DNA of 64,000 nucleotides from an uncultured Acidobacteriota bacterium. GTDB lineage: Bacteria; Acidobacteriota; UBA6911; RPQK01; JAPXNP01. The stretch covers positions 352,001-416,000 of the forward strand of contig CAVZRV010000008.1 in the NCBI GenBank assembly GCA_963777605.1, written 5' to 3'. Below, piece by piece: positions 1 to 10,586 of the stretch (positions are counted from its first letter, which is position 1; each line of letters opens with the position of its first letter). The position numbers and the translations under genes are program-made. The notes under the pieces were generated by a model that saw only the letters and a list, made by a program, of their open reading frames with translations, had not been told where the DNA came from and ran no database searches.

Positions 1-4
1 CTCA

Positions 5-30
5 CCAGGAGACAGGAGACAGGAGACAGG
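5..30 (+). repeat. Heptamer tandem repeat (GGAGACA/CAGGAGA)x3
   Basis: ccaggagacaggagacaggagacagg; reverse complement of the (CCTGTCT)x4 array at 36074-36101. Confidence 0.8.
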
Positions 31-321
31 GGAAACCAGAGGGTATGTTGCCCAAACCCGGACGGAGAGCATTCTCTCCCTGCATTGTCTCCGCATCCCA
101 TCCCTATACGGTCCCTTCGCTTCCACACCCTGCAAACCAAGCCTCTTCCACTTTCTTCCCGCGGTCTTCGCACTTTTTCCGACACGTTCGTAATTACTAG
201 TATGGGGTTAGGGGTTTGGCCCCGCCGGAGGCTTTGCCCGGGGGCTTGGTGCGCCCGCTGGCGGACTGGGCACGGAGAGACGTGTCAGATTTGGCTCCGA
301 TGGCGATTTCGGCAACACACC

Positions 322-441
322 CCAGACACCAGGAACCCGGAACCCGGAGCCAGAAACCAGGAGCCAGAAACCAGAAACCCGAAACACCGCACAACCCCCC
401 CGGTGTCCGGTCTCCGGTCTTCAGTCTCCGGTCTCCGGTCT
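322..441. repeat. Degenerate heptamer arrays: CCAGAAA/CCGGAAC-type (322-388) and TCCGGTC-type (404-441)
   Basis: Visible 7-nt periodicity; the second array overlaps the 3' end of the NUDIX gene (encodes RPETGD-stop). Confidence 0.7.
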
Positions 442-969
442 TTGGAGGGCGAGCCAGTAGATGGCGGTGATCGTCTTGCCATCCCGTATCTGCCCGTCGG
501 CGACCAGTTGGAGGGCCTCTTCAAGACTGTAGTGCTCGATGATCAGGTGCTCATCCGGTTCGGGGTTGGCACGGACCTTCTCAACCTTCTCGGCAAAAAA
601 GAAGTGCAGCAGCTCGTCACAGAACCCAGGCGAAGTGTAGAAGCTGGAAATTCTGCGCAGCTTCACGGGGCGAAGGCCCACCTCTTCTTCCAGTTCACGG
701 GCGGCACTGACATCCGGGGGTTCGCCGTGGTCGAGCTTGCCTGCGGGGAGTTCGAGGATGTCCTCGTTGAGAGGATAACGGTGCTGTCGAACGAACGGAA
801 TCTTCCCGTTTGTGTCGAGGGCGAGAATGACCACGCCGCCGGGGTGGCGGACAACCTCACGGATCGTCTGCATCCCGCTGATTTCAATTTCATCGACCTC
901 GAGATCGACGATCTTGCCCTGGTAGACGCGATTTGCCGACAGCAGTTTCCCTCGTTCCAGTTGAGACAT
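421..969 (-). CDS. nudF: NUDIX hydrolase, ADP-ribose pyrophosphatase (NudF-like)
   Basis: Nudix box GKLDHGEPPDVSAARELEEEVG, REVVRHPGGV, FYTSPGFCDE; start taken at MSQLERG (ATG 969). Confidence 0.85.
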   Translation of the reverse strand: MSQLERGKLLSANRVYQGKIVDLEVDEIEISGMQTIREVVRHPGGVVILALDTNGKIPFVRQHRYPLNEDILELPAGKLDHGEPPDVSAARELEEEVGLRPVKLRRISSFYTSPGFCDELLHFFFAEKVEKVRANPEPDEHLIIEHYSLEEALQLVADGQIRDGKTITAIYWLALQRPETGD

Positions 970-1120
970 GGGACAGATTCTGTCAGGTTCGTGTACCGGC
1001 TGTCCAAACGAGGCTTGTCCGGAAGGCCTCCTTTTCGAACCGGCCACTTGTTGCTGGGCCCCGAAAACATCATAGGCTTCGAACTTTTGGAGGCGTCCTG
1101 CATCATTAGGTCTTAGTGGA

Positions 1121-2524
1121 ATGAAGGCCGTATTCTTGTGTTCGATTCTGGCTGTGGTGGTGGTGCTCGTTTACCTGGGGTCTTTCCCGGGCACGTTTCA
1201 CTACGACGACTTTCCCCTCATGCTGGACAACCCGCACGTAACCGACACCCCGTTCCATTACCGCGACTTCGTCGAAATGTACGGGGGGAGGCCGCTTACG
1301 ATTTGGTCGTTCCATCTCAACTACCTTTTCGGAGGTCGATCGCCGCTGGGCTTTCACCTCGTGAGTGTTGCGCTTCACGGGGTTGTCGTGATCCTGCTCT
1401 TCCGACTTCTGATGGCCTTGGGACTGGGAGTCCCGGTTGCTTTCTCGGCCAGTCTCCTGTTCGCGGTTCATCCCGCCCTTGTGCAGTCTGTCAACTATGT
1501 TTGGGCGAGGTCGATTCTCCTGATGGCGGCTTTCGGCCTGCTGGCCCTGTTGGTTGGCCGGAAACACTTCTGGGCCGGCCTGGTCTTCTGGGAACTGGCG
1601 ATCCTGAGCCGGGTTGAGGGAATGCTGTTCCTGGTCCCCCTCCTCCTGATCGATCGGCGCTATCGTCGCGCAGGATTCCCCATCCTGGGGCTGAACCTGG
1701 CGGCCTTTCTCTACGGACTCCAGAAGTATGCCCCGTCGGAATTCGCTTTCAGCTATCCTTCGTGGCTCGATTACTGGATGCAGGCACCGGTGAGTTTCTG
1801 GCACTACCTGCAGCTGTACCTCGTCCCCACCGGGTTTTCCATCTATCACGGGCTTCCCCCGGTGGCCTCCTGGGTGGCCGCTGTCGCCTCGATCGGATTG
1901 ATCCTGCTGGTTCTGGCGGCGCTTCGCTTCAGGGACAGCCAACCCGAACTGGCACTGGCCACGGGCTGGGTCTTCATTTTCCTGGCGCCTTCCCTGGTTG
2001 TCCCAAACACGGAAGGGGTCAGCGAGAGTCGAATGTACGCGGCCGGGATCGGCTTCTGCGTTGCGGCCGCAGTCGGATTGACGCGTCTCGGGAGAAGCCT
2101 CGGTGCCCGTTGGAAGACAGCCCCCAGGTGGGCAACGGCGGTTTTGCCGGTTGTCCTCGTCGCCTTCGGATACACGGCAGTGAGCGCATCCCGGCATTCC
2201 GTCTGGGGAGATGATGTCGCGATTTGGAGGGAGGCAGTGGACCAGACCCCGAATCAGCCGCTGGCAAGCTACAACCTGGGTGCCGCCCTCAGCCGGGTTG
2301 GAGCGACCGACGAGGCCCGGGCCTCCTTCGAGCGAAGCCGGCGTTTGAACCCCAAAGACGACATGAGCTATGCTGGGCTTGGGTTTTGTGCCGAGGCCGA
2401 CGGCCTGTTGGATGAGGCTCAGCGCTTTTACGAGACGGCCTTGATTTTTAACCCGGCGAATACCTACGCCCGGGAAGGATTGGCTCGATTGACCGGGTCG
2501 TCCGGCGGAGATCCTCACAAGTGA
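1121..2524 (+). CDS. Multi-TM GT-C-type glycosyltransferase with C-terminal TPRs (TMTC/protein O-mannosyltransferase-like)
   Basis: FHYDD after TM1, RPLTIWSFHLNY, GFHLVSVALH, LFAVHP..QSVNYV..RS, ESRMY; TPR motifs YNLGAAL..., YAGLG... Confidence 0.75.
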   Translation: MKAVFLCSILAVVVVLVYLGSFPGTFHYDDFPLMLDNPHVTDTPFHYRDFVEMYGGRPLTIWSFHLNYLFGGRSPLGFHLVSVALHGVVVILLFRLLMALGLGVPVAFSASLLFAVHPALVQSVNYVWARSILLMAAFGLLALLVGRKHFWAGLVFWELAILSRVEGMLFLVPLLLIDRRYRRAGFPILGLNLAAFLYGLQKYAPSEFAFSYPSWLDYWMQAPVSFWHYLQLYLVPTGFSIYHGLPPVASWVAAVASIGLILLVLAALRFRDSQPELALATGWVFIFLAPSLVVPNTEGVSESRMYAAGIGFCVAAAVGLTRLGRSLGARWKTAPRWATAVLPVVLVAFGYTAVSASRHSVWGDDVAIWREAVDQTPNQPLASYNLGAALSRVGATDEARASFERSRRLNPKDDMSYAGLGFCAEADGLLDEAQRFYETALIFNPANTYAREGLARLTGSSGGDPHK

Positions 2525-3120
2525 AGTACATAAACCAGATCAATTTTACACTGGCTGCCGTGGGCATCGTCATCGTGGGCTACGCCCTGTCCCAGACGTT
2601 GCTTGCCCCGGAGGTTCGCTCGAACCTCGATCTGGAACAGTTGCGCCAGATCCAGCCCCGCGTCATTGAAAAGCCGGAGGCCACCGAGGCTCCGGCCGCC
2701 CTGCTGAATTCGACGTCAACAGCTCGACCTGCGGTAACTTCCGTCCGCGAGAACCGGCCGGCCTCACGGGTGGAGCGCCCCGCGGCTCAACCGGCGATTG
2801 CGGGACGCAACGCTCCCGCTCCAGCTGCCGGGCCCTCGCGGCGTAATCTCCAGCCGCAGACCCCGGCAACTCCGGTCTGGCTCGGGGATCGAAGTGAGCG
2901 CGCGGGACGACGTGCAGGTGGGGTTGTCACGCCCCGCTCGGCGGTAGCCGCCCAACCGGCTCTCCCTCCTCAGGGTGGCGTCCGGGGGAGTGGGGGGCGA
3001 CCGACCGGTTCATTGATAAGGCCTCCTGCGGGGGCCGAGGGATTCAAGCGTGACGGGACGAGCGATCCGGCCGCTCCGCCGGTGCGTTCGTCGATGCCCC
3101 AGACGCCGCGACGACCGTGA
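2521..3120 (+). CDS. Hypothetical membrane-anchored Pro/Ala/Arg/Ser/Thr-rich protein
   Basis: GTGA overlap with the upstream stop; one N-terminal TM helix followed by a low-complexity tail. Confidence 0.65.
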   Translation: MKYINQINFTLAAVGIVIVGYALSQTLLAPEVRSNLDLEQLRQIQPRVIEKPEATEAPAALLNSTSTARPAVTSVRENRPASRVERPAAQPAIAGRNAPAPAAGPSRRNLQPQTPATPVWLGDRSERAGRRAGGVVTPRSAVAAQPALPPQGGVRGSGGRPTGSLIRPPAGAEGFKRDGTSDPAAPPVRSSMPQTPRRP

Positions 3121-3230
3121 CCGGCTCCTGGTGTCGAGGGGCGAGCGTTCGTCCGGGAGGGCTTTTTGTTCGATCCGGGATTCCCGGAGACTAGGTTGAA
3201 TCGATTGTCGAATGTTGCGGGAGTGAGGCA

Positions 3231-4088
<858 letters not shown>

Positions 4089-4281
4089 TTTAAAGGGTGC
4101 CGAGCCCGACCTGGTGCCGGCTATTCGATATACTGAACATCCTCAACACCCCGATCCGGGGTGAATCCACCGGCCGGGATTGTAACAAGACGTTTCTTCT
4201 CATCAAACGGATGAGCGAAGAGGTCTGTCTTTCAGGCTGTTTGGCGGAGAGCCGGACTCTCGCTCACGGGGGCGATAGGCT

Positions 4282-5103
4282 ATGACGGTCTATGGACAGG
4301 CAATGATCGAGGCGAAAGGGCTGAGCAAGTACTACGGCTCCTTTGTCGCGATCGAAAACATTTCATTTTCCATCCCTGCCGGTCAGGTGGTGGCCTTTCT
4401 CGGTCCCAACGGAGCCGGGAAAACCACCACCATGAAGATCCTGACCGGCTATCTGGCACCGAGTGAGGGGACGGCTGCGATCGCGGGCCTCGATATCCAG
4501 ACTGAACGGATAGAGGCGTCTCGCCAGCTTGGATACCTTCCGGAAAACGGGCCTCTCTACCAGGATCTGACTCCCGGCGAGTCGCTGCGGTTCTTTGGAG
4601 AAGCCCGCGGGATGGACGACGGGCTTCTGGGCAGCCGCATGGAACAGGTCGTTGACGACTGCGGGCTCCGGGAGGTCCTCGAAAAGCCGATCGGGAAGTT
4701 GTCCAAGGGGTTTCGTCAGCGGGTCGGCCTGGCCCAGGCGCTTCTGCACGACCCCGCTGTACTGATCATGGACGAACCGACGGCCGGGCTTGACCCGAAC
4801 CAGATCCGGGAATTCAGGCGGAACCTCCGGGAGTTGGCCCAAACCAAGACGATCCTGATCTCGACCCATATTCTGCGTGAGGTTGAGACCACCGCTGATC
4901 GCGTGATCCTGGTCAATGCGGGACGGCTCATCTTTGACGGGACGCCTGACGAACTTCGCCAGGGCGGGTCCCTGGAAGAGCCCTTTTACCGGCTGACGCA
5001 CTTCGGCCTGTCCCCCGGATCTGCCGAACCAGGGGAACCGGAGCCGGCCGTGACTGCCCCGGTGGATTCCGGTATCGACGAAGGAGGTCCCCGTGAAGAT
5101 TAA
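4282..5103 (+). CDS. ABC transporter ATP-binding protein (GldA-like)
   Basis: Walker A GPNGAGKTT, signature LSKGFRQR, Walker B LIMDEPT, H-loop STH; alternative start ATG 4303. Confidence 0.92.
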   Translation: MTVYGQAMIEAKGLSKYYGSFVAIENISFSIPAGQVVAFLGPNGAGKTTTMKILTGYLAPSEGTAAIAGLDIQTERIEASRQLGYLPENGPLYQDLTPGESLRFFGEARGMDDGLLGSRMEQVVDDCGLREVLEKPIGKLSKGFRQRVGLAQALLHDPAVLIMDEPTAGLDPNQIREFRRNLRELAQTKTILISTHILREVETTADRVILVNAGRLIFDGTPDELRQGGSLEEPFYRLTHFGLSPGSAEPGEPEPAVTAPVDSGIDEGGPRED

Positions 5104-7796
5104 CTTCGGATTCGTCAGAGCGCTCGTGATGCGGGACCTCCGGCGCTACTTCAGCAACCCCACGGGCTATGTCTTCATTACCCTGTTCATATTTCTGAGC
5201 GCCGCGGCGGCTTTCTGGCAGGACCGGTTCTTCCTGAACAACCTGGCCAACCTGGACCAGTTGAACAACCTGTTCCCGTACATTCTGATTTTCTTCGTGT
5301 CCGCCCTGACGATGTCGGTCTGGTCCGAGGAGCGACGGCAGGCGACCGACGAACTGCTGCTGACCATGCCGGCGACCAGTTTCGAAGTCGTGCTGGGCAA
5401 GTTCCTGTCCGCAATCGGCATCTACACAGTGGCGCTGATTCTCTCGTTGAGCCACGTGCTGGTCCTGTTCTGGCTTGGGAGTCCCGACCTCGGAGTCATG
5501 TTCGCCAACTACCTGGGTTACTGGCTACTGGGCGCCGCCATGATCAGCGTCGGGTTGCTGGCTTCCCTGATGACCTCGAACACGGCCATTGCGTTCATTT
5601 TCGGCGCGCTTTTCAATTCGGTTCTGGTTTTCGGTCACTCCATGCTGGGAACCTTCAACGAGACCCTGGGCATGGTCGTAGAGCCGCTCGGAGTGGTGAA
5701 CCGGTTTGGTGATTTCGCCCGGGGCGTCGTCAGCCTGCCGGGGATCGTCTACTTCCTGTCGGTCATCGCGGTGATGTTGTACGCCAACACCTTGATCGTG
5801 GACCGTCGCCACTGGCCCAAGCTGCTCGATGGGCGGCGAACCTGGGCTCATCACGCCTGCCGGATTGCCGGGGTGATTCTGATCGTGATCAGCGTCAACA
5901 CGATTCTGGCCCGAACCAGCCTGCGGCTCGACGTCACCTCGGAGGGACTGCACTCACTGAGTACCGAAACCCGGCAGATTCTGCACGGACTGCCGGATGA
6001 CCGGCCGGTATTCGTACAGGCATTCATCAGTCCCAACGTGCCTGAACCCTATGTACAGGCTCGGGTCAACCTGCTCAGCACACTGGACGAGATCGGTGCC
6101 GTGTCGGGAGGCAAAGTCGAGGTTCTGGTTGAGGACACGGTCCCTTTCAGTTCGCAGGCCCGGGACGCCCGTGAGCAGTTTGGCATCATGCCTCGGCAGA
6201 TACCGGACCTCGAGAATGCCCGAGCCGGTTTCACCGAGGTGTTTCTCGGAGTCGTGATCACCTGTGGGGCCGCCGAGCAGGTGATCCCATTCATCGATCG
6301 GGGCCTTTCCCCGGAGTATGAAGTGGCCCGCGGGATTCGGGTCGTCACCAATGCCAAGCGAAAGCGGATCGGGGTCCTCCAGACGGCCATCAACCTATTC
6401 GGAGGGCTCGATTTTCAGACCATGCGCAGCACTCCGGCCTGGCCTGTGGTGGACGAATTGAAGAAGCAGTACGAAGTGGTCCGGCTCGCAGCCCGGCGGA
6501 GAAATCCCCGACGACCTGGACGGGTTGCTCGCAGTGCTTCCGTCTTCGCTCCCCCAGGAAGAGATGGATGTCCTGTCGGATGCGGTTCTGAAGGGAATCC
6601 CGACCTTGCTCCTGGTTGACCCGTTGCCGGTCATCAACATCGGTCTTTCTCCTTCGGAGGAACCGGGTGGACCGCAGAACCCCTTCATGCGCAACCAGCA
6701 GGCTCCCCAGACTCCAAAGGGGGACGTCGGTGCATTCCTGGCGAAGCTGGGGGTTGCATGGGATTCGAAGCGGGTGGTGTGGGACTCCTACAACCCGCAC
6801 CCCGATCTCGCCCATCTTCCCCCGGAGGTGGTTTTCGTCGGGGAAGGGAACGAGAATCCAAAAGCGTTCAGTCGGGACGAACTGGCAACCAGGTCTCTCC
6901 AGGAGTTGGTTCTTCTCTACCCCGGCGAACTTCAGAAGGCAGTCGACTCGAAACTCGAGTTCATTCCGCTGGTCGAAAGTGGAAAGAGTTCGGGAGATTT
7001 CGAGTATGCCCAGGTCGTGCAGCGAAGCTTCTTCGGGACCCAGTTGAACCAGAGCCTGCCGCACAATCCTGCTGGAACCGACTATGTGTTTGCTGCAGAA
7101 GTGAAAGGAACGGCTTCGCCCGGGAAAGAGGAGGAAGCGGGCGATTCGGGAGAGCCGGCGCAGTCGGAGACGGCGTCCAGCCGGCCGCTTCACCTGATCG
7201 TCGTTGCCGATGTCGATTTCATCTCGGACCAGTTCTTCCAGATCCGGGCGCGCGGTCCGCAGAACCTGAATTTCGACAACGTCACTTTCTTCCTCAACTG
7301 CATCGATGTCCTGGCCGGGGACGACTCCTTTATCACGCTGCGTGGAAAGCGGGTCCGGCACCGGACTTTGGAACGGGTCGAAGCTCGGACGAAGAGCTTC
7401 GTCGATCAGCGGGTTGTCGAAGAGCAGCAGGCGGAGAAAGAGGCCGATGCGGCCTTGGCGGACGCCCAGAAGCGCCTTGACGAGCGAGTTGACCAGATCC
7501 GCCAGCGGCCCGATCTGGACGCCCGTACCAAGCAGATCATGGCCCAGAACCTGCAGGAGTCCGAGAGTCGGAAATTCGAGGTCCTCAAGGCCAATATCGA
7601 ATCCGAAAAGGCGGCCAAGATCCATGCCAGCCGCGAAGATACCGAGGAACAGATTCGCGGCATCCAAAACGGAATCCGTACTTACGCCGTTCTTCTTCCA
7701 CCGATCCCGGTTTTCCTCATCGGAGTCTGGATCTTCTTCCGCCGGCAGCAGCGGGAACGGGAAGCGGCATCCGCAGCAAGACGATTGAGAGTGTAA
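5093..7796 (+). CDS. GldF-GldG fusion ABC permease/auxiliary component, split by one frameshift near 6493
   Basis: GldF-like RDLRRYFSNPTGYV and SEERRQATDELLLT; GldG-like RLDVTSEGLHSLS and LIVVADVDFISD; removing one C in gcagcccggc joins ORFs 5093..6619 and 6525..7796 (RLAAGGEIPDDLDGLLAVLP). Confidence 0.8.
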
Positions 7797-7798
7797 CC

Positions 7799-9166
7799 AT
7801 GACTGAAACCAGGAAAACCTTGACGATCGGAACTTTGGGCCTGTTGCTGCTGGGAATCACTGTGCTGACCGCTCCCCGGCGCAGCACACCCGACGAATTC
7901 GTGGACCGGGGGCAAGTCTTCTTTCCGGACTTCACCGATCCCAACGCCGCAACGACCCTGGAAGTAATCGAGTTCGAAGAGGACACCGCGTCGGCCAAGC
8001 CGTTCAAAGTGACTTTCAAGAATGGTGTCTGGACGATACCGTCCCATCACGACTACCCGGCTGACGGGAAGGACCGGCTCGCCAAGACTGCCGCCGGCCT
8101 CATCGGTTTGACCAAGGATGACTTCCGCACCGCCAACGTGGCCGACTACGAGGCATGCGGAGTCATTGACCCGCTGGACGAGTCGGCAACCTCCCTGAAA
8201 GGGCGGGGCAAGCGGGTCACGATCAAGGATGCCAATGACCACGTCCTGGCCGACCTGATCCTGGGCAGGAAGCTGGACGACCATCCCGAGTACCGGTTTG
8301 TCCGGGTCCCCGACCAGAAGCGGGTTTACGTGACCCGGAGCGACCTGGACGTCTCGACCAACTTTGCCGACTGGATCGAGCCCGACCTGCTCCAGGTCGA
8401 GCGCAACGACATTGACAACGTAACGATCCGGGACTACTCGATCGACGAGCGCTACTACACGGTTGACCGCCGGGATGTCCTGACGCTGGCCAAAAAGGGA
8501 GACACCTGGTCGGCCAATCGCATGGGATCGGGGCAGGAGGTTGACTCGACCGGGATGAACGGGCTGCTTCGGGCACTGGACGACCTCTCTATCGTCGGGG
8601 TTCGCCCCAAGCCTGCCGGCCTGTCCGACGATCTGAAGAAAGCCGGAGGCAAGGTTCCTTTGACCCAGGCGAACGTCCAGGCACTGCAGGAAAAGGGCTA
8701 CTACCTCACGCGGGACGGGAACCTCCTGTCCAACGAGGGGGAGGTCGAGGTCAAGACGGACAAGGGCGTTGACTACATACTGCGGTTCGGGGAAGTGCTT
8801 TACGGGCGTGGGGAATCGGTCAGCGCCGGTGACAGTTCCAACCAGGACAAGGAAGCCGGGCCCGGGCTCAATCGTTACCTGTTCATCACGGTCTCTTTCG
8901 ATCCCCACAGCCTCCGCGAGCCGAAGAAGCCGTCCAGCCGGAGTTTCGAAGGGAAGAGCGAGAGCCAGTTGACGGACCGGGAACGCGAGGACAAGGAGCT
9001 GGATGCGAAGCACCAGGAATGGCAGAAGCAGGTTGAGGAAGGACGGGAGAAGGTCCGCCAGTTGAACGAACGCCTCGCCGGCTGGTACTACGTCATCTCG
9101 TCGGATTCCTTCGACAAGATCCACCTCACGCGGAAGGACCTGGTCAAAGCGAAATCGGCGGGGTAG
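7799..9166 (+). CDS. DUF4340 domain protein, usual partner of GldA/F/G-like ABC modules
   Basis: N-terminal TM; WTIPSHHDYPAD, LILG...RFVRVPDQKRVYV pattern; starts 2 nt after the gldG-like stop. Confidence 0.75.
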   Translation: MTETRKTLTIGTLGLLLLGITVLTAPRRSTPDEFVDRGQVFFPDFTDPNAATTLEVIEFEEDTASAKPFKVTFKNGVWTIPSHHDYPADGKDRLAKTAAGLIGLTKDDFRTANVADYEACGVIDPLDESATSLKGRGKRVTIKDANDHVLADLILGRKLDDHPEYRFVRVPDQKRVYVTRSDLDVSTNFADWIEPDLLQVERNDIDNVTIRDYSIDERYYTVDRRDVLTLAKKGDTWSANRMGSGQEVDSTGMNGLLRALDDLSIVGVRPKPAGLSDDLKKAGGKVPLTQANVQALQEKGYYLTRDGNLLSNEGEVEVKTDKGVDYILRFGEVLYGRGESVSAGDSSNQDKEAGPGLNRYLFITVSFDPHSLREPKKPSSRSFEGKSESQLTDREREDKELDAKHQEWQKQVEEGREKVRQLNERLAGWYYVISSDSFDKIHLTRKDLVKAKSAG

Positions 9167-9186
9167 GGCAAGCGTCTACGCTTGTC
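9163..9186 (+). repeat. GTAG-type REP hairpin (family A)
   Basis: GTAGGGCAAGCGTCTACGCTTGTC; related copies at 9466-9489 (-) and 23427-23450 (+). Confidence 0.65.
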
Positions 9187-9288
9187 TCCGGGCCGAAGAC
9201 TTCAGGGTGACCTCCGCTCCAGGTGGGTTTTGGGCGTTGGTTCGCACTTTGGTTTGGTAATTCGACTTCGGCGTTCGGGTTTCTCGGC

Positions 9289-9397
9289 CATGTCGTCCCG
9301 CCGGAGCGGGACTCCGATGGTGAGATGTGCCGGGGGGACCCAGGATTCCGCCTTCGGCTCCATCCTGGGCTACTCCATGCCGCCCCCAGCGGGGCTG
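9289..9397 (+). repeat. Dispersed multi-hairpin repeat (family B)
   Basis: Close copy at 35921-36027 (catgtcgtcccgccgg.gcgggact...gggacccaggattccgccttcggct.catcctgg.ctactccat.ccgccc). Confidence 0.8.
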
Positions 9398-9465
9398 ATG
9401 CCGAGAACCTGAGACTCACTCCACGGCAGAGACGGTCGGTTGTCAGGGTGGCTTCGGCCGCGAGA

Positions 9466-9489
9466 CACGCTCGGGGACGCTTATCCTAC
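9466..9489 (-). repeat. GTAG-type REP (family A), inverted partner of 9163-9186
   Basis: Reverse complement reads GTAGGATAAGCGTCCCCGAGCGTG. Confidence 0.55.
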
Positions 9490-9519
9490 GCTGAGCAAAG
9501 TCTCCGGTCTCACCTCCCC

Positions 9520-9549
9520 ATCACAAATCAAAAATCACAAATCAAAAAT
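9520..9549 (+). repeat. Heptamer tandem repeat ATCACAA/ATCAAAA x4
   Basis: atcacaaatcaaaaatcacaaatcaaaaat; contains the stop codon of the minus-strand methyltransferase. Confidence 0.7.
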
Positions 9550-10586
9550 GTTTGCGGAAGAGGTAGTGGCTGACTCCCCACTCGGTGCCGTCCCGGAATC
9601 CGAAGAGTTCTTCGCAGGCCATGAAGAAGAGGCGCCAGCGGACGCGCCAGAGAGTCACGTCTTCCTCACCGTAGGTCGAAGCCAGGATTCGGTCGAGATC
9701 GTCCCGATTCTCATCCATTCGATCAAGCCAGGCACGCGCGGTGAGCGAGTAATGCCGCCCGTTGACGGCCCACTGATTGGCCAGTTCCAGGTCTTTCTGG
9801 AAGCGAAGCAGGAGTGACTCCGACGGCATGATTCCCCCTGTGAAGAAGTAGCGTCCCATCCAGTTGTCGGCCCCTTCGGTCTCGAACGGGTAGGCGTAGC
9901 ATCGGTGGGAGAAGATGTGAACGAAAAGTCTCCCGTCGTTCTCCAGCCACCCCGCGATCCTCTCCATCAGGCGTTCATAATTGCGGACGTGTTCGAACAT
10001 CTCGATCGAGACCACCCGATCGAACCGGCCTTCGATCTGAAAGTCGTTGATGTCCGAGGTGACCACCTTCAGGTTTCGGAGTCCCCGTTCTGCCGCCTGT
10101 GCTTCAATATGGGTGCGCTGTGGAGCCGAGTTCGACATGGCTGACGATCTGGGAGGCGGGGTAGTGCTTCGCCATCCACAGGGAAAGTGATCCCCATCCG
10201 CAACCGAGTTCCAGGATCGTCTGCCCGTCGGCCAGTCCGGCCCGGCTGCAGGTGAGGCTCAGCATGGCATCTTCGGCATCGTCCAGCGTCTGAACACCGT
10301 ACGGCCAGAGACAGCAACTGTACTTGAGGTTCTTCCCGAGGACGATCTTGAAGAACTCGGGGGGCACTTCATAGTGCTGTTCGTTGGCTTTGTCCGGGTG
10401 GATGGCGATCGGACTGCCTCGCAGTTCCTCAACCAGCGCATCCAGCTTCGCCCGGTCTCCTTCCGGGGAGCCGGTGTTTTCCTGTTCGAGGCGCTCGAGG
10501 AGCAGCCGGCCGATCCCTTTCCGGGAAATCCAGTCGGGGATCAGGCCTTTTTCAACGAGGCGAATGGCGGCGGAAAGGCCGTTCAT
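9542..10586 (-). CDS. SAM-dependent methyltransferase (CFA-synthase/coclaurine N-methyltransferase-like), one frameshift near 10142
   Basis: ANEQHYEVPPEFF, LKYSCC, ILELGCGWGSLSL in the 5' part; FDRVVSIEMFEHVRNY, WRLFFMACEELFG in the 3' part; ATGA overlap with the DUF1295 gene. Confidence 0.85.

Noticed and set aside
190-300. GC-rich hairpins after an AT-rich patch as a possible ncRNA
   Set aside because: No recognisable family motif and no second copy; cannot be supported without an Rfam search.
5-441. Short repeats as a possible CRISPR array
   Set aside because: They are 7-nt tandem units without unique spacers, and no cas genes are present.
85-1116. 343-aa plus-strand ORF and other long antisense ORFs (e.g. 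1106-2518, 7682-9124, 11934-13199, 32915-34042)
   Set aside because: They are shadows of well-supported genes on the opposite strand in GC-rich DNA and carry no recognisable motifs.
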